Part shown: positions 1 through 7,783 of the stretch, piece by piece | Numbering within the stretch: the first letter of the stretch is position 1 | Layout of the letters: each line of letters starts with the position of its first letter | DNA from: an uncultured Acidobacteriota bacterium | Lineage (GTDB): Bacteria; Acidobacteriota; Polarisedimenticolia; JACPZX01 | Direction: 5' to 3' | Assembly (NCBI GenBank): GCA_964400605.1 | Contig: CAYNUH010000001.1 | Location: forward strand, 621-64,620 | Length of the DNA: 64,000 bases | Notes under the pieces: model-generated | What the model saw: the letters and a program-made list of their open reading frames with translations, nothing else | Told to the model about the DNA's origin: nothing | Database searches by the model: none | Made by a program: the position numbers and the translations under genes

Positions 1-1
1 C

Positions 2-1795
2 GAGCTGGCGCGCAGGCTCAACCTGGAGGCCGCCAAGGCGGTGAAGTACGGCGGGCTCACGGAGGAGGAAGCGCTGGCGCTGGTGACCATCAACCCCGCC
101 CGGCAGCTCAAGATCGACCGGTGGGTCGGGTCGCTCGAGTCCGGCAAGGACGCCGACGTCGCGGTGTGGAGCGGCCACCCGCTGAGCACCTACTCCGTCT
201 GCGAGCAGACCTGGGTGGACGGCATCAAGCGGTTCGATCGCACGGTAGATCTGGGAAGACGGGAGCAGTCCGAGAAGGACCGCGCCGACCTCATCGAGAA
301 GGTCAAGAACGCCGACAAGCCCAAGCCGGAGACGACCAAGGGGGAGAAGGAGGCCGCGAAGGGGGAGCCGGGGAGCGAGCCCGCGCAGAAGGAGAAGCCG
401 CCCGGGGGGGTGAAGGGCGAGGACCGACCCGGATCGACCGGGGAAGGGAAGCCGCCGGAGCCGAAGCCCGCCGCCGAGGCCGCGAAGGCCGCGGCCCCCG
501 CCAAGCCCGTCCCGCAGGCCCGGCCGCTCCCTTACCGGATCCCGCCGTCGTGGGCCCACGGCGCCATCGCGCTGGTGGGAGCCACCGTGCATCCCATCAT
601 CGGGGCCGATATCCCCAACGGGACGATCATCGTCCGCGATGGGAGGATCGCCGCCGTGGGAGCCGCCCTGGAGGTCCCCAAAGGGGCGGAGGTCATCCGC
701 CTCGACGGCCTCCACGTGTACCCGGGGCTGATCGACGCCGACACGGTGGTGGGCCTGACGGAGATCAACTCCGTCAGCGGCAGCGTGGACGTCTCTGAGA
801 CCGGCTCCATCAATCCGGACGCGCGCGTCGAGATCGCCCTCAATCCGGACTCGGAACTGATCCCGGTGACGCGGGCCAACGGCGTCACGCACGTCCTGAG
901 CGCCCCGCGCGGCGGCATCGTCAGCGGCACGAGCGTCCTCGTTCGCCTCGACGGCTGGACGTGGGAGGATCTCGCCGCCTCGGCGCCGGCCGCGATGCAC
1001 GTGCAGTATCCGAGGTGGCGGCCCGCCTTCTCCTTCGCCACCTTCCAGTTGGCCTCGAAGGAGGACCAGAAGAAGGAGCGGGAGAAGGGGCTCAAGGACC
1101 TCAAGCAGGCGTTCACCGACGCCCGGGCCTACAAGCTGGCCATTGAGGCGGCGGAAAAGGGTGCTCCGCGGCCGAAGCACGACCACGCGCTGGAGGCGAT
1201 GCTGCCGGCTCTGGACGGCACGATCCCGGTCGTGGTGCACGCGCAGGAGATCCGACAGATCAAGGACGCGGTGAAGTGGGCCGGGGAGGAGGGGCTGCGG
1301 ATCATCCTCGCGGGCGGCGACGACGCCTGGCGTGTGGCGGACCTGCTCAAAGGAAGGGACGTCCCGGTCATCCTCGGTCCCGTCCTCGAAACGCCCGACA
1401 GGCGCGACGAGGCCTACGACACCCGCTTCAACGTGGCGAAGCGGCTGCACGAGGCGGGCGTGACGTTCTGCATCAGCGGCGGCGGCAGCGCCTTCAACGC
1501 CGCCAACACGCGGAACCTGCCCTACCAGGCGGCCATGGCGGCGGCCTTCGGCCTCCCGAGGGAGGAGGCGCTGAAGGCGATCACCCTCTATCCGGCCCGG
1601 ATCCTGGGCGTCGAGAAGGACCTCGGCTCCATCGAGCCGGGCAAGAGCGCGAGCCTGGTCGTCACGAACGGCGATCCTCTGGAGATCCGCACCCAGGTCC
1701 TGAAGGTGTTCATCGATGGGAAGCTCGCGGACCTGAATAACAAGCACCAGCGGCTGTACGACCGGTACAGGTCGCGGCCGAAGGCGGCCAGGTAG
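2..1795 (+). CDS. Amidohydrolase-family protein, 5' truncated by the window edge. Carries the C-terminal end of one amidohydrolase domain, a Lys/Glu/Pro-rich linker, then a second complete amidohydrolase-like domain.
   Basis: Frame is open from position 2. C-terminal amidohydrolase motifs LTEEEALALVTINPARQL...GSLESGKDADVAV and later GSIEPGKSASLVV...LKVFIDGKL. The second domain starts with NGTIIVRDGRIAAVG...GLHVYPGLIDAD but has D-A-D-T where the metal-binding HxH normally sits. Confidence 0.7.
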   Translation, partial: ELARRLNLEAAKAVKYGGLTEEEALALVTINPARQLKIDRWVGSLESGKDADVAVWSGHPLSTYSVCEQTWVDGIKRFDRTVDLGRREQSEKDRADLIEKVKNADKPKPETTKGEKEAAKGEPGSEPAQKEKPPGGVKGEDRPGSTGEGKPPEPKPAAEAAKAAAPAKPVPQARPLPYRIPPSWAHGAIALVGATVHPIIGADIPNGTIIVRDGRIAAVGAALEVPKGAEVIRLDGLHVYPGLIDADTVVGLTEINSVSGSVDVSETGSINPDARVEIALNPDSELIPVTRANGVTHVLSAPRGGIVSGTSVLVRLDGWTWEDLAASAPAAMHVQYPRWRPAFSFATFQLASKEDQKKEREKGLKDLKQAFTDARAYKLAIEAAEKGAPRPKHDHALEAMLPALDGTIPVVVHAQEIRQIKDAVKWAGEEGLRIILAGGDDAWRVADLLKGRDVPVILGPVLETPDRRDEAYDTRFNVAKRLHEAGVTFCISGGGSAFNAANTRNLPYQAAMAAAFGLPREEALKAITLYPARILGVEKDLGSIEPGKSASLVVTNGDPLEIRTQVLKVFIDGKLADLNNKHQRLYDRYRSRPKAAR

Positions 1796-1922
1796 GCGGG
1801 CGAGCCGCGCAACAGGCCGGCGGGAGAATCAACCCGGCCCCGGCGCGGGCCCGGCCGCAGCCACGATGCGGGCGCGTCCCGGCGCGCCGGTCGGGGCTGG
1901 CTCGCGCTTCCGCTCACCCCGC

Positions 1923-2552
1923 TCAAGATCCGACGAGGCGCCCCAGCGCCGCGGCTACAGCCGCCAGCCACCAGACGCCGACCACCCGGAAGACCCACAG
2001 CGTCTTCCGGACGCCCAGCAGGAAGAGGTTGTGCAGCGGGAAGGGGCAGGTGAGGGGCTCGACCGGATCCTTCACCGCCAGGTAGCCGACCGAAACGCCG
2101 ACCACCGTGGCGGCCACCAGCGCCCGGAACTGGACACGGTTCCACTCGTGGGAGATGAGAGGGCGCCCGAGCGCGAGCGCCGCCGTGCCTGCCAGCAGGA
2201 CGACCAGAGGGGCGAAGATCCCGAAGGCGATGGCCGGGCGGAAGCGCGCCACGAACGTGAGGAACCGGCCGGCCAGCCGGCGGTGCGCCACATCGCAGGC
2301 TGCGAGAGACACGACCTTTCCCCCGGTGCTGACCTCCATCCGCGCCGCGAGCCGATCCGTGCGGCCGCACCAGAAGCAGCGCTCCGCCCCGTGGCGTATC
2401 GTCCATGGCGCCGCGATGAAACGGTGGCCGAACATCAGGATGAGGCCCGAACCTAGAGAGAGCCCCGGTCCCAGCGGATGCTGAAGGTAGAGGTAGAGCA
2501 CGAGAGGGATGAAACCGAACAGGGCGGCCCCCTGCCACCCAAGCCGGCTCAC
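1923..2552 (-). CDS. Hypothetical integral membrane protein with conserved Cys motifs (CFWCG, CPFP)
   Basis: 209-aa ORF with 5-6 hydrophobic segments. Convergent with the amidohydrolase gene. No recognisable family. Confidence 0.4.
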   Translation of the reverse strand: MSRLGWQGAALFGFIPLVLYLYLQHPLGPGLSLGSGLILMFGHRFIAAPWTIRHGAERCFWCGRTDRLAARMEVSTGGKVVSLAACDVAHRRLAGRFLTFVARFRPAIAFGIFAPLVVLLAGTAALALGRPLISHEWNRVQFRALVAATVVGVSVGYLAVKDPVEPLTCPFPLHNLFLLGVRKTLWVFRVVGVWWLAAVAAALGRLVGS

Positions 2553-2687
2553 GCCGGGGAGCCTCCCTCCCCCCGGTTCCGGCCGAGGCGAGGAGCGCGG
2601 GACGGCGGATCGGTCTCCTGAGATGCAACGATCCCGCGTCGCGTCAGCCCGCTGCAGATCGGCCGCGGTCCTGGCGCGCGGAGCATC

Positions 2688-4550
2688 CTACCGGCCGAAC
2701 CAGCGAGGCAGCGTCGTGGTGAGGGCGGGGATGTAGGTGATGAGAAACACCCCCGCGAGGAGGACGAGGAGCATCGGGACAACGGCGCGGTACACCTCGG
2801 GGAGGGGCTTGCCGAAGCGGTAGGACGAGAGAAACAGGTTCATCCCGACGGGTGGCGTGAGATACCCCAGCTCCATGTTGGCGAGGAAGATGATCCCCAG
2901 GTGGACCGGCTTGATGCCGAACGCTTCGCCCATGGGGGCGATGAGGGGAACCACGACGACGATGGCCGAGAAGATGTCCATCAAGCAGCCGACCACGAGC
3001 AGGAACAGGTTCAGCAGCAGGAGGAAGACGTATTTCGATTCGATGGCGCCCTTCACCCAGTCCACGGCACGCGCGGGGACCTCGGCGTCCACGAGGTAGT
3101 TCGTGAACCCGAGCGCCACCCCCAGGATGATCAGCACGCCGCCCACGAGGATGCCGCACTCGGCCATCACGCGGGGGACGTCCTTGCCGAGCCGGAGGTC
3201 GCGGTGCACGAAAGTTTCGACGACGAAGGCATAGAGGGCCGTGAGCGCCGCCGCCTCCACCAGCGTGGCGAAGCCGCCAAAGAGTCCGACCAGGACAACG
3301 ACCGGAAGGATCAGCTCCCACTTGGCCTCCCAGATCGCCCGCCCCGCCTCCGCCGCGTCGAAGGGCTGGCGGACCACGCCGGAGCGGACTCCCTGCCGCT
3401 GGCCCCACCAGGCCGTCAGGACGACCATCAGGACGCCGGGCACGAGTCCCCCGAGGAACAGCCGGTCGATGGGCGTGTGCGAGACGATGCCGTAGAGGAT
3501 CACGGGCAGGCTTGGCGGGAAGAGGAGTCCGAGGGATCCGGCCGCGGTCAGCAGCCCCAGAGAGCTCTTCTCCGAGTAACGCGCGGAGAGAAGCACCGGC
3601 ATGAGGAGTCCGCCGAGCGCGAGGATCGTCACCCCCGAGGCCCCGGTGAACGACGTGAAGAAGGCGCACACCATCGCCGTCACGATGGCGGGCCCGCCGC
3701 GCGCCCACCCGGCCAGCGCCTGGAAGACGCGCACGAGCCGTCGCGAGGCGCCTCCCTCGGCGAGGAAATACCCCGCCAGCGTGAAGAGCGGGATCGTCGG
3801 GAGGGTGGGGGACACGACCAGCCTGTACGTCTCCACCGGAATGGCCGCTATCGGCACCCCCTCCCCCCAGAAGAGGATCAGCGCCGCCCCGCCGAGCACC
3901 GTGAAGACCGGCGCGCCCAGCACCGTCGCCGCCAGGAGGGCGACCATGGCCGGGAACACGAGGATCTCCGGATCGAGGGGCGGCCTGGCGCCGAGCCCGA
4001 CGACGGCGGCCGCGATGAGCGCCGCCGCCGCGCGCCCCGCCCAATCGGGGGCCGCGTGCCACAGGAGCCGCAGCGCCACGAGGGCGAATCCGATCGGGAG
4101 GATCGCCTGCGCGGCCCAGACGGGGATCCCCGCGGCCAGGACGTTGCCCCCCTGCCTCTCGCTCAGGACGAGCTGCACGCTGGCGATGCAGAGAAGCGCG
4201 GTGATGGCGGCGGCGGCCGATCCGCTGAGGAGGCGCGCGGCGTTTCTCAACCGCCCCGGCAGCAGCCCGGCGCCCGTCGAGAGGGAGAGCAGCCGGCCTT
4301 CGCGCGCCGCGACGGCCGCTCCAAGCATCCCCACCGCGAGCGTGAGGTGCTGGACGAAGGTGCTCGATCCCGGGATGCCGAAGCCCGTCGTGGCCCGCAG
4401 CGCGATCTCCGCGAGCGGGAGGACAGCCATGGCCGCGAGGGTCAGCGAGACGACGACGTTCTCGCTCGTGTGGAAGATCCGGCGGGCGCCCTCGACGGCG
4501 CGTTCCCTCGGGGCCCGGTGTCCGGTTCCCCACAGGATCTCGCGGCTCAT
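2688..4550 (-). CDS. TRAP transporter fused small/large permease (DctQ-DctM fusion; TatQM-like)
   Basis: N-terminal DctQ-like segment (SENVVVSLTLAAMAVLPLAEIALRATTGFGIPGSST), then a 12-TM DctM body ending in the typical FLANMELGYLTPPVGMNLFLSSY C-terminus. Chosen start ATG at 4550 (MSREIL) overlaps the upstream dctP stop by 4 nt. The longer ORF reaching 4931 is alternate-frame extension. Confidence 0.85.
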   Translation of the reverse strand: MSREILWGTGHRAPRERAVEGARRIFHTSENVVVSLTLAAMAVLPLAEIALRATTGFGIPGSSTFVQHLTLAVGMLGAAVAAREGRLLSLSTGAGLLPGRLRNAARLLSGSAAAAITALLCIASVQLVLSERQGGNVLAAGIPVWAAQAILPIGFALVALRLLWHAAPDWAGRAAAALIAAAVVGLGARPPLDPEILVFPAMVALLAATVLGAPVFTVLGGAALILFWGEGVPIAAIPVETYRLVVSPTLPTIPLFTLAGYFLAEGGASRRLVRVFQALAGWARGGPAIVTAMVCAFFTSFTGASGVTILALGGLLMPVLLSARYSEKSSLGLLTAAGSLGLLFPPSLPVILYGIVSHTPIDRLFLGGLVPGVLMVVLTAWWGQRQGVRSGVVRQPFDAAEAGRAIWEAKWELILPVVVLVGLFGGFATLVEAAALTALYAFVVETFVHRDLRLGKDVPRVMAECGILVGGVLIILGVALGFTNYLVDAEVPARAVDWVKGAIESKYVFLLLLNLFLLVVGCLMDIFSAIVVVVPLIAPMGEAFGIKPVHLGIIFLANMELGYLTPPVGMNLFLSSYRFGKPLPEVYRAVVPMLLVLLAGVFLITYIPALTTTLPRWFGR

Positions 4551-5662
4551 CGGCCGGGCGTTCCCGTCCCCGTGGAGCCTCCCGCGGCGCGGTACTCGTC
4601 GCGCAGCCGCCGGACCTCGTCGAACATGTCCGCGGGCACGATGGTGCCCCGGATCTTCGGATAGACCCCTTCGGCAGCCGTGCGCCAGGCCGCCTCGATC
4701 TCCGCCGTGACGGCGTGGACAGTCAGCCCCCTCTTCTTCATCGCCTCGACGGCCTTGGCATCGGCTGTGCGGATCTCCCCCTTGAGCCTCTCTCCGGCCT
4801 CGGCGGCCGCAGCCAGCAGCGCCTCGCGCGATGCCGCCGGGATGGCCTCCCACGCTTTCTTCGTGACGATGGTGGCGCCGATGAGGGGGGCCCACTTCAA
4901 GTCGAGCATGTGGGGGGCGAGGGGGAACCACTGGTTGGCCAGCGCGGCCAGAGGGGGGACGTCGAAGGCGTTGATGAGGCCCGTCTGGAGCCCGGGCAGG
5001 ATGTCGGGGCTGGCCAGCGGCACGGGGTGGAAGCCGCCGGCCTTCCAGATCTCGAGGGCGTGGTTGTCCCCCGCCCAGACGAAGAGCTTCATTCTCTTGA
5101 GATCGTCCGGGTGGGTGAACGGCTCCTTGCCGAAGAACGACACCCAGCCGGCGTCGCCCCAGTTCAGCACGACGAAGCCGCGATCCGAGAGGCGTTTCTC
5201 CAACGTGGGCCGGAGTTTCTCACGGATGTGGTCCAGCTCCTGGTACGAGCGGAACATCATCGGGATCTGCAGCGCCGCCACCGCGTCGTCGATGTCGGCC
5301 AATCCGACAGCCGTCAGCGCCGCCGCCTGGATCTGCCCGACGCGCATCTTGCGCACCATGTCGGGCTCGTCGCCGAGGACGCTGCCCGGATAGATCCGCA
5401 GCGACACACCGCCGCCCGGCGCCTGCTTCCACTTCTCGCCCATCGCCTTGAAGATCTGGTGCCAGGAGGAGCCGTCGGGAGCGAGGGTTCCCATCTTGAT
5501 GATCACGGCTTCCTGCGCGCGGATCGCCGGGAGGCCCGCCGCCAGGGTCTCGATCAGCGCGAGCGTGACCAGAGCCGCGGCGACCACGAAGGCGGCGCGG
5601 CCCCGGGATTCTGAATCGGGACGATGGCGTGTCAAGGTGTGCCCTCCCGCGGGTGCGCCCAC
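4547..5662 (-). CDS. TRAP transporter periplasmic substrate-binding protein (DctP family; TatP-like)
   Basis: Signal peptide (AAFVVAAALVTLALIETLAAGLPAIRAQ) followed by a DctP-type fold (IKMGTLAPDGSSWHQ...; VVLNWGDAGWVSFF...). Lies immediately upstream of, and is start/stop-coupled with, the fused permease gene. Confidence 0.85.
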   Translation of the reverse strand: MGAPAGGHTLTRHRPDSESRGRAAFVVAAALVTLALIETLAAGLPAIRAQEAVIIKMGTLAPDGSSWHQIFKAMGEKWKQAPGGGVSLRIYPGSVLGDEPDMVRKMRVGQIQAAALTAVGLADIDDAVAALQIPMMFRSYQELDHIREKLRPTLEKRLSDRGFVVLNWGDAGWVSFFGKEPFTHPDDLKRMKLFVWAGDNHALEIWKAGGFHPVPLASPDILPGLQTGLINAFDVPPLAALANQWFPLAPHMLDLKWAPLIGATIVTKKAWEAIPAASREALLAAAAEAGERLKGEIRTADAKAVEAMKKRGLTVHAVTAEIEAAWRTAAEGVYPKIRGTIVPADMFDEVRRLRDEYRAAGGSTGTGTPGR

Positions 5663-5666
5663 GATA

Positions 5667-6581
5667 TCACTCCGCGAAGAGCAGGTCGGTCCGTCCGAGG
5701 AGCCAGCGGGCGCGCCGCTGCATGACCAGGTTCACGAGCCTCCATTCAGGCTTCGCATCGGGATCGACCGCGAGCGCCCGCTCCAGGAGCGACACGAACT
5801 CGGAGCGGTCCTGGTTCCTGACGGACACCGTCTCCGCGAGCGAGACCAGAGGCGACGCGCGCCTCCCCTCCGAGAGGGCCATCGCCCGATCGAAGTGCGC
5901 CCGGGCCCGCGCTACGGATCCTCCCATGGCGTCGGAGCGGCTCCCCTCGAAGGTTATCAAGAGCTCGTGCAGCGCCCCGTGGTCGTAGTCCTCGTCCAGC
6001 TCGAGGGAGCGCCGCAGAAGGGCCTCCACGATGTGGAGATCCGCCAGCATCTCGGGGTCGTCCTTGGAAAGCGAGATGGCCGAACCCCAGGAAGCCGCGG
6101 TCCAGTAGAGGAGCGGCACGTCCCCCAGGGCGGCGCCGCGCAAGGCGGCCGCGGCGTCGGACCGGAGCGCGGCCTCGAAGCCGGGATGCGTCACCTCCAG
6201 CCCCCGGAGCGCATGCCCCCGGGCCCTCAGGTGGAGCTTCCGCGCCCGCGCGCGCAGCGCGGCCGCCGCCTCCAGGTCCCGATCCTCCATCTCGTCGGCG
6301 TCCTGCTGGATGAAACCGTACGCGTACTGCGTGAACCCGGAGGCGGCGGCCGTGAGGAGCCCTCGGTGCCGCGGGGTCTGCTCCAGCAGGCTCTCGATCA
6401 GCTTCAGGCTGAACGGGAGGGCCTCCCGGATGAGCTCCGGATCGTCGTCGGAGGCGTAGGAGGACCCGGACTCGGCGAGCGCATCTCCCAGCTTGCCGAT
6501 GGCGAACTTCTTGATGGAGCAGGCGGGAGCGGTCCCCAGGGAGAGGGCCGCGACGAGGAGAAGGACCCTCCGTGGCATCAC
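5667..6581 (-). CDS. TatT-like TPR lipoprotein, the third component of a TPR-protein-associated TRAP transporter (TPAT)
   Basis: N-terminal signal peptide with a Cys (LSLGTAPACS). All-helical TPR-like body. Sits immediately upstream of dctP and fused dctQM, with a 5-nt gap to dctP. This is the T. pallidum TatT/TatP(T) arrangement. Confidence 0.55.
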   Translation of the reverse strand: MMPRRVLLLVAALSLGTAPACSIKKFAIGKLGDALAESGSSYASDDDPELIREALPFSLKLIESLLEQTPRHRGLLTAAASGFTQYAYGFIQQDADEMEDRDLEAAAALRARARKLHLRARGHALRGLEVTHPGFEAALRSDAAAALRGAALGDVPLLYWTAASWGSAISLSKDDPEMLADLHIVEALLRRSLELDEDYDHGALHELLITFEGSRSDAMGGSVARARAHFDRAMALSEGRRASPLVSLAETVSVRNQDRSEFVSLLERALAVDPDAKPEWRLVNLVMQRRARWLLGRTDLLFAE

Positions 6582-6708
6582 CCCCGGTTCTCCTGCTTCG
6601 TGTCCCGCGCCGCGTCAGCGGCGGCGCGACAGCGCCGTCCGCTGCAACCGGTTGATCCTTACTCTTGGCCGACCATGGAGCAGCCTGCCCTGGGTTCCAG
6701 CAAGATTG

Positions 6709-7023
6709 CTACCCTGGTAACCATATTTTCCTCGCTTCGACTACCTCACATGTGCTTGGGAGTGGGACGGCTTCGCGAGACCGGGTGTAGAAGGCGAGCC
6801 CCTTGTAGCCCATGAGGTAGGTGTGCGCGGTCGAGAACCTGAATAGACCACCCACAGCATGCACAACCAGGCCGTTCGGATTTCGGTTCAGTAGTCTCCG
6901 GAAATCCTCAGGCTCCACACGGACGATCGCTCCGGACGCCTTGATCGCCTGCGCCACGGCTGCGCCTGCCGCCACAGCAGCTGCTTCGCCACCCACCTTG
7001 CTCAACCCTCCTCTGTCTGGCAA
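6709..7023 (-). CDS. Hypothetical small protein (104 aa) in a lower-GC islet
   Basis: ORF downstream of hicB on the same strand. Local GC is visibly lower than the flanks. No confident family assignment; a weak resemblance to YbjQ/DUF74 was considered and dropped. Confidence 0.3.
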   Translation of the reverse strand: MPDRGGLSKVGGEAAAVAAGAAVAQAIKASGAIVRVEPEDFRRLLNRNPNGLVVHAVGGLFRFSTAHTYLMGYKGLAFYTRSREAVPLPSTCEVVEARKIWLPG

Positions 7024-7150
7024 CGACCTGCGTAACCCGCGGCGGGCGCGCGAAAGCGGCGCACTGCCTCAAACCTCACGCCCGCCGTCGGGTTCACGCA
7101 GTAGTGCGGCGGACCCACTTGGATCTCTTCGTTGGCTTTCTCAGGCTTTC

Positions 7151-7417
7151 TCAGGCCGCCACTTCCACGCTTGCATAGAAATCGACCTGCCGCTTCGTCC
7201 TTCTAGGAACGACCGCACGCTGCCGTGGCCGAGGAGACCGCATCCTGTCGGCCTTGAGACCGCGTAAGTGGAGCGCGATGGCTGTCTGGATACGTCGCAG
7301 CGCCGTGTCGATCGTCTTGCCCGTGGCGACACATCTGGGAAGATCGGGAACCGAGGCGCCCCAGTCACTCCTTGGATCCTTGTTGATGCGAACGACGTAG
7401 CGAAGCTTCCTCACCAC
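7151..7417 (-). CDS. hicB: HicB-family antitoxin (HicB/UPF0150 N-terminal domain)
   Basis: (V)VRKLRYVVRINKDPRSDWGASVPDLPRCVATGKTIDTALRRIQTAIALHL matches the HicB consensus (...Y.v.ie.d.dg.y.A.vPdLPGC.s.G.T.eEAl.n..EAI.lhLE). GTG start overlaps the hicA remnant by 8 nt. Confidence 0.7.
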   Translation of the reverse strand: MVRKLRYVVRINKDPRSDWGASVPDLPRCVATGKTIDTALRRIQTAIALHLRGLKADRMRSPRPRQRAVVPRRTKRQVDFYASVEVAA

Positions 7418-7632
7418 TTGACCCCCTTGAGGCCGGCCTGCCGCTTCACGGAACCGAACGTGCCCTTCGGCATGTCGTCACCCAGGTTGCCGCTGACCGT
7501 GACCCGGCCCGGCTTCAGGATGCGTGAACTGACCTTGGTCTCCTGTTCCGCCGAACGAACAGGGTCTTATCCGTAGCGCGCCAGCGGTGCGGATAAGAGC
7601 CGGTTGAACTGAGCCACTGGGCCTTCGGCCAT
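7411..7632 (-). pseudogene. hicA: Decayed hicA toxin (mRNA interferase). Has an in-frame TAA after codon 21 and at least two frameshifts. The catalytic His region is lost in the longest frame.
   Basis: Frame A: MAEGPVAQFNRLLSAPLARYG*DPVRSAEQETKVSSRILKPGRVTVSGNLGDDMPKGTFGSVKRQAGLKGVKW. Frame +1 shows TLFVRR and frame +2 shows GDQGQFTHPEAGP. Together these tile the HicA consensus (LLEK.GFeLVRQKGSHhiFrHPdGrrtTVPvHgnkDLppGTLrSILKQAGL). Only the C-terminal third is in one frame. Confidence 0.5.
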
Positions 7633-7729
7633 GGGGATTCTACACCCGTGATGAGGTCACGGGGAGGATGCTCGTGGGTTGTATCGAGGTGCGCGGTGCT
7701 CTCTGCTGGGGGGATCGGGGAGGCGCGTG

Positions 7730-7757
7730 CTTGACAGTATCCGCGGGGGTGGTGTAA
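7730..7757 (+). promoter_or_regulatory. Sigma70-like promoter (TTGACA, 16-nt spacer, TGTAAT) upstream of the LPP20/CsgG-like gene pair
   Basis: Perfect -35 TTGACA at 7730-7735 and TGTAAT at 7752-7757. Start codon at 7784. Confidence 0.4.
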
Positions 7758-7783
7758 TACGCTACCCGTTTGCGTTCAACGAG

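Noticed and set aside
121-798. 225-aa ORF rich in Arg/Gly (MGRVARVRQGRRRRGVERPP...)
   Set aside because: It is an alternate frame inside the amidohydrolase gene. The composition is typical of out-of-frame translation of high-GC DNA.
2644-4533. 629-aa minus-strand ORF overlapping the TRAP permease
   Set aside because: It is Arg/Gly/Pro-rich junk in a different frame of the dctQM gene.
2901-4664. 587-aa plus-strand ORF antisense to the TRAP permease
   Set aside because: It is a highly charged, low-complexity antisense ORF. The real gene is the DctQM fusion on the minus strand.
4551-4931. N-terminal 127-codon extension of the TRAP permease ORF (MVPPRPPHARLEVGPPHRRHH...)
   Set aside because: The extension overlaps the dctP gene in another frame and has non-protein-like composition. 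The ATG at 4550 gives the 4-nt coupled start.
6709-7023. Possible YbjQ/DUF74-like identity for the 104-aa islet ORF
   Set aside because: It only loosely resembles the YbjQ glycine-rich pattern, and the order of the matching segments does not fit. It is kept as hypothetical.
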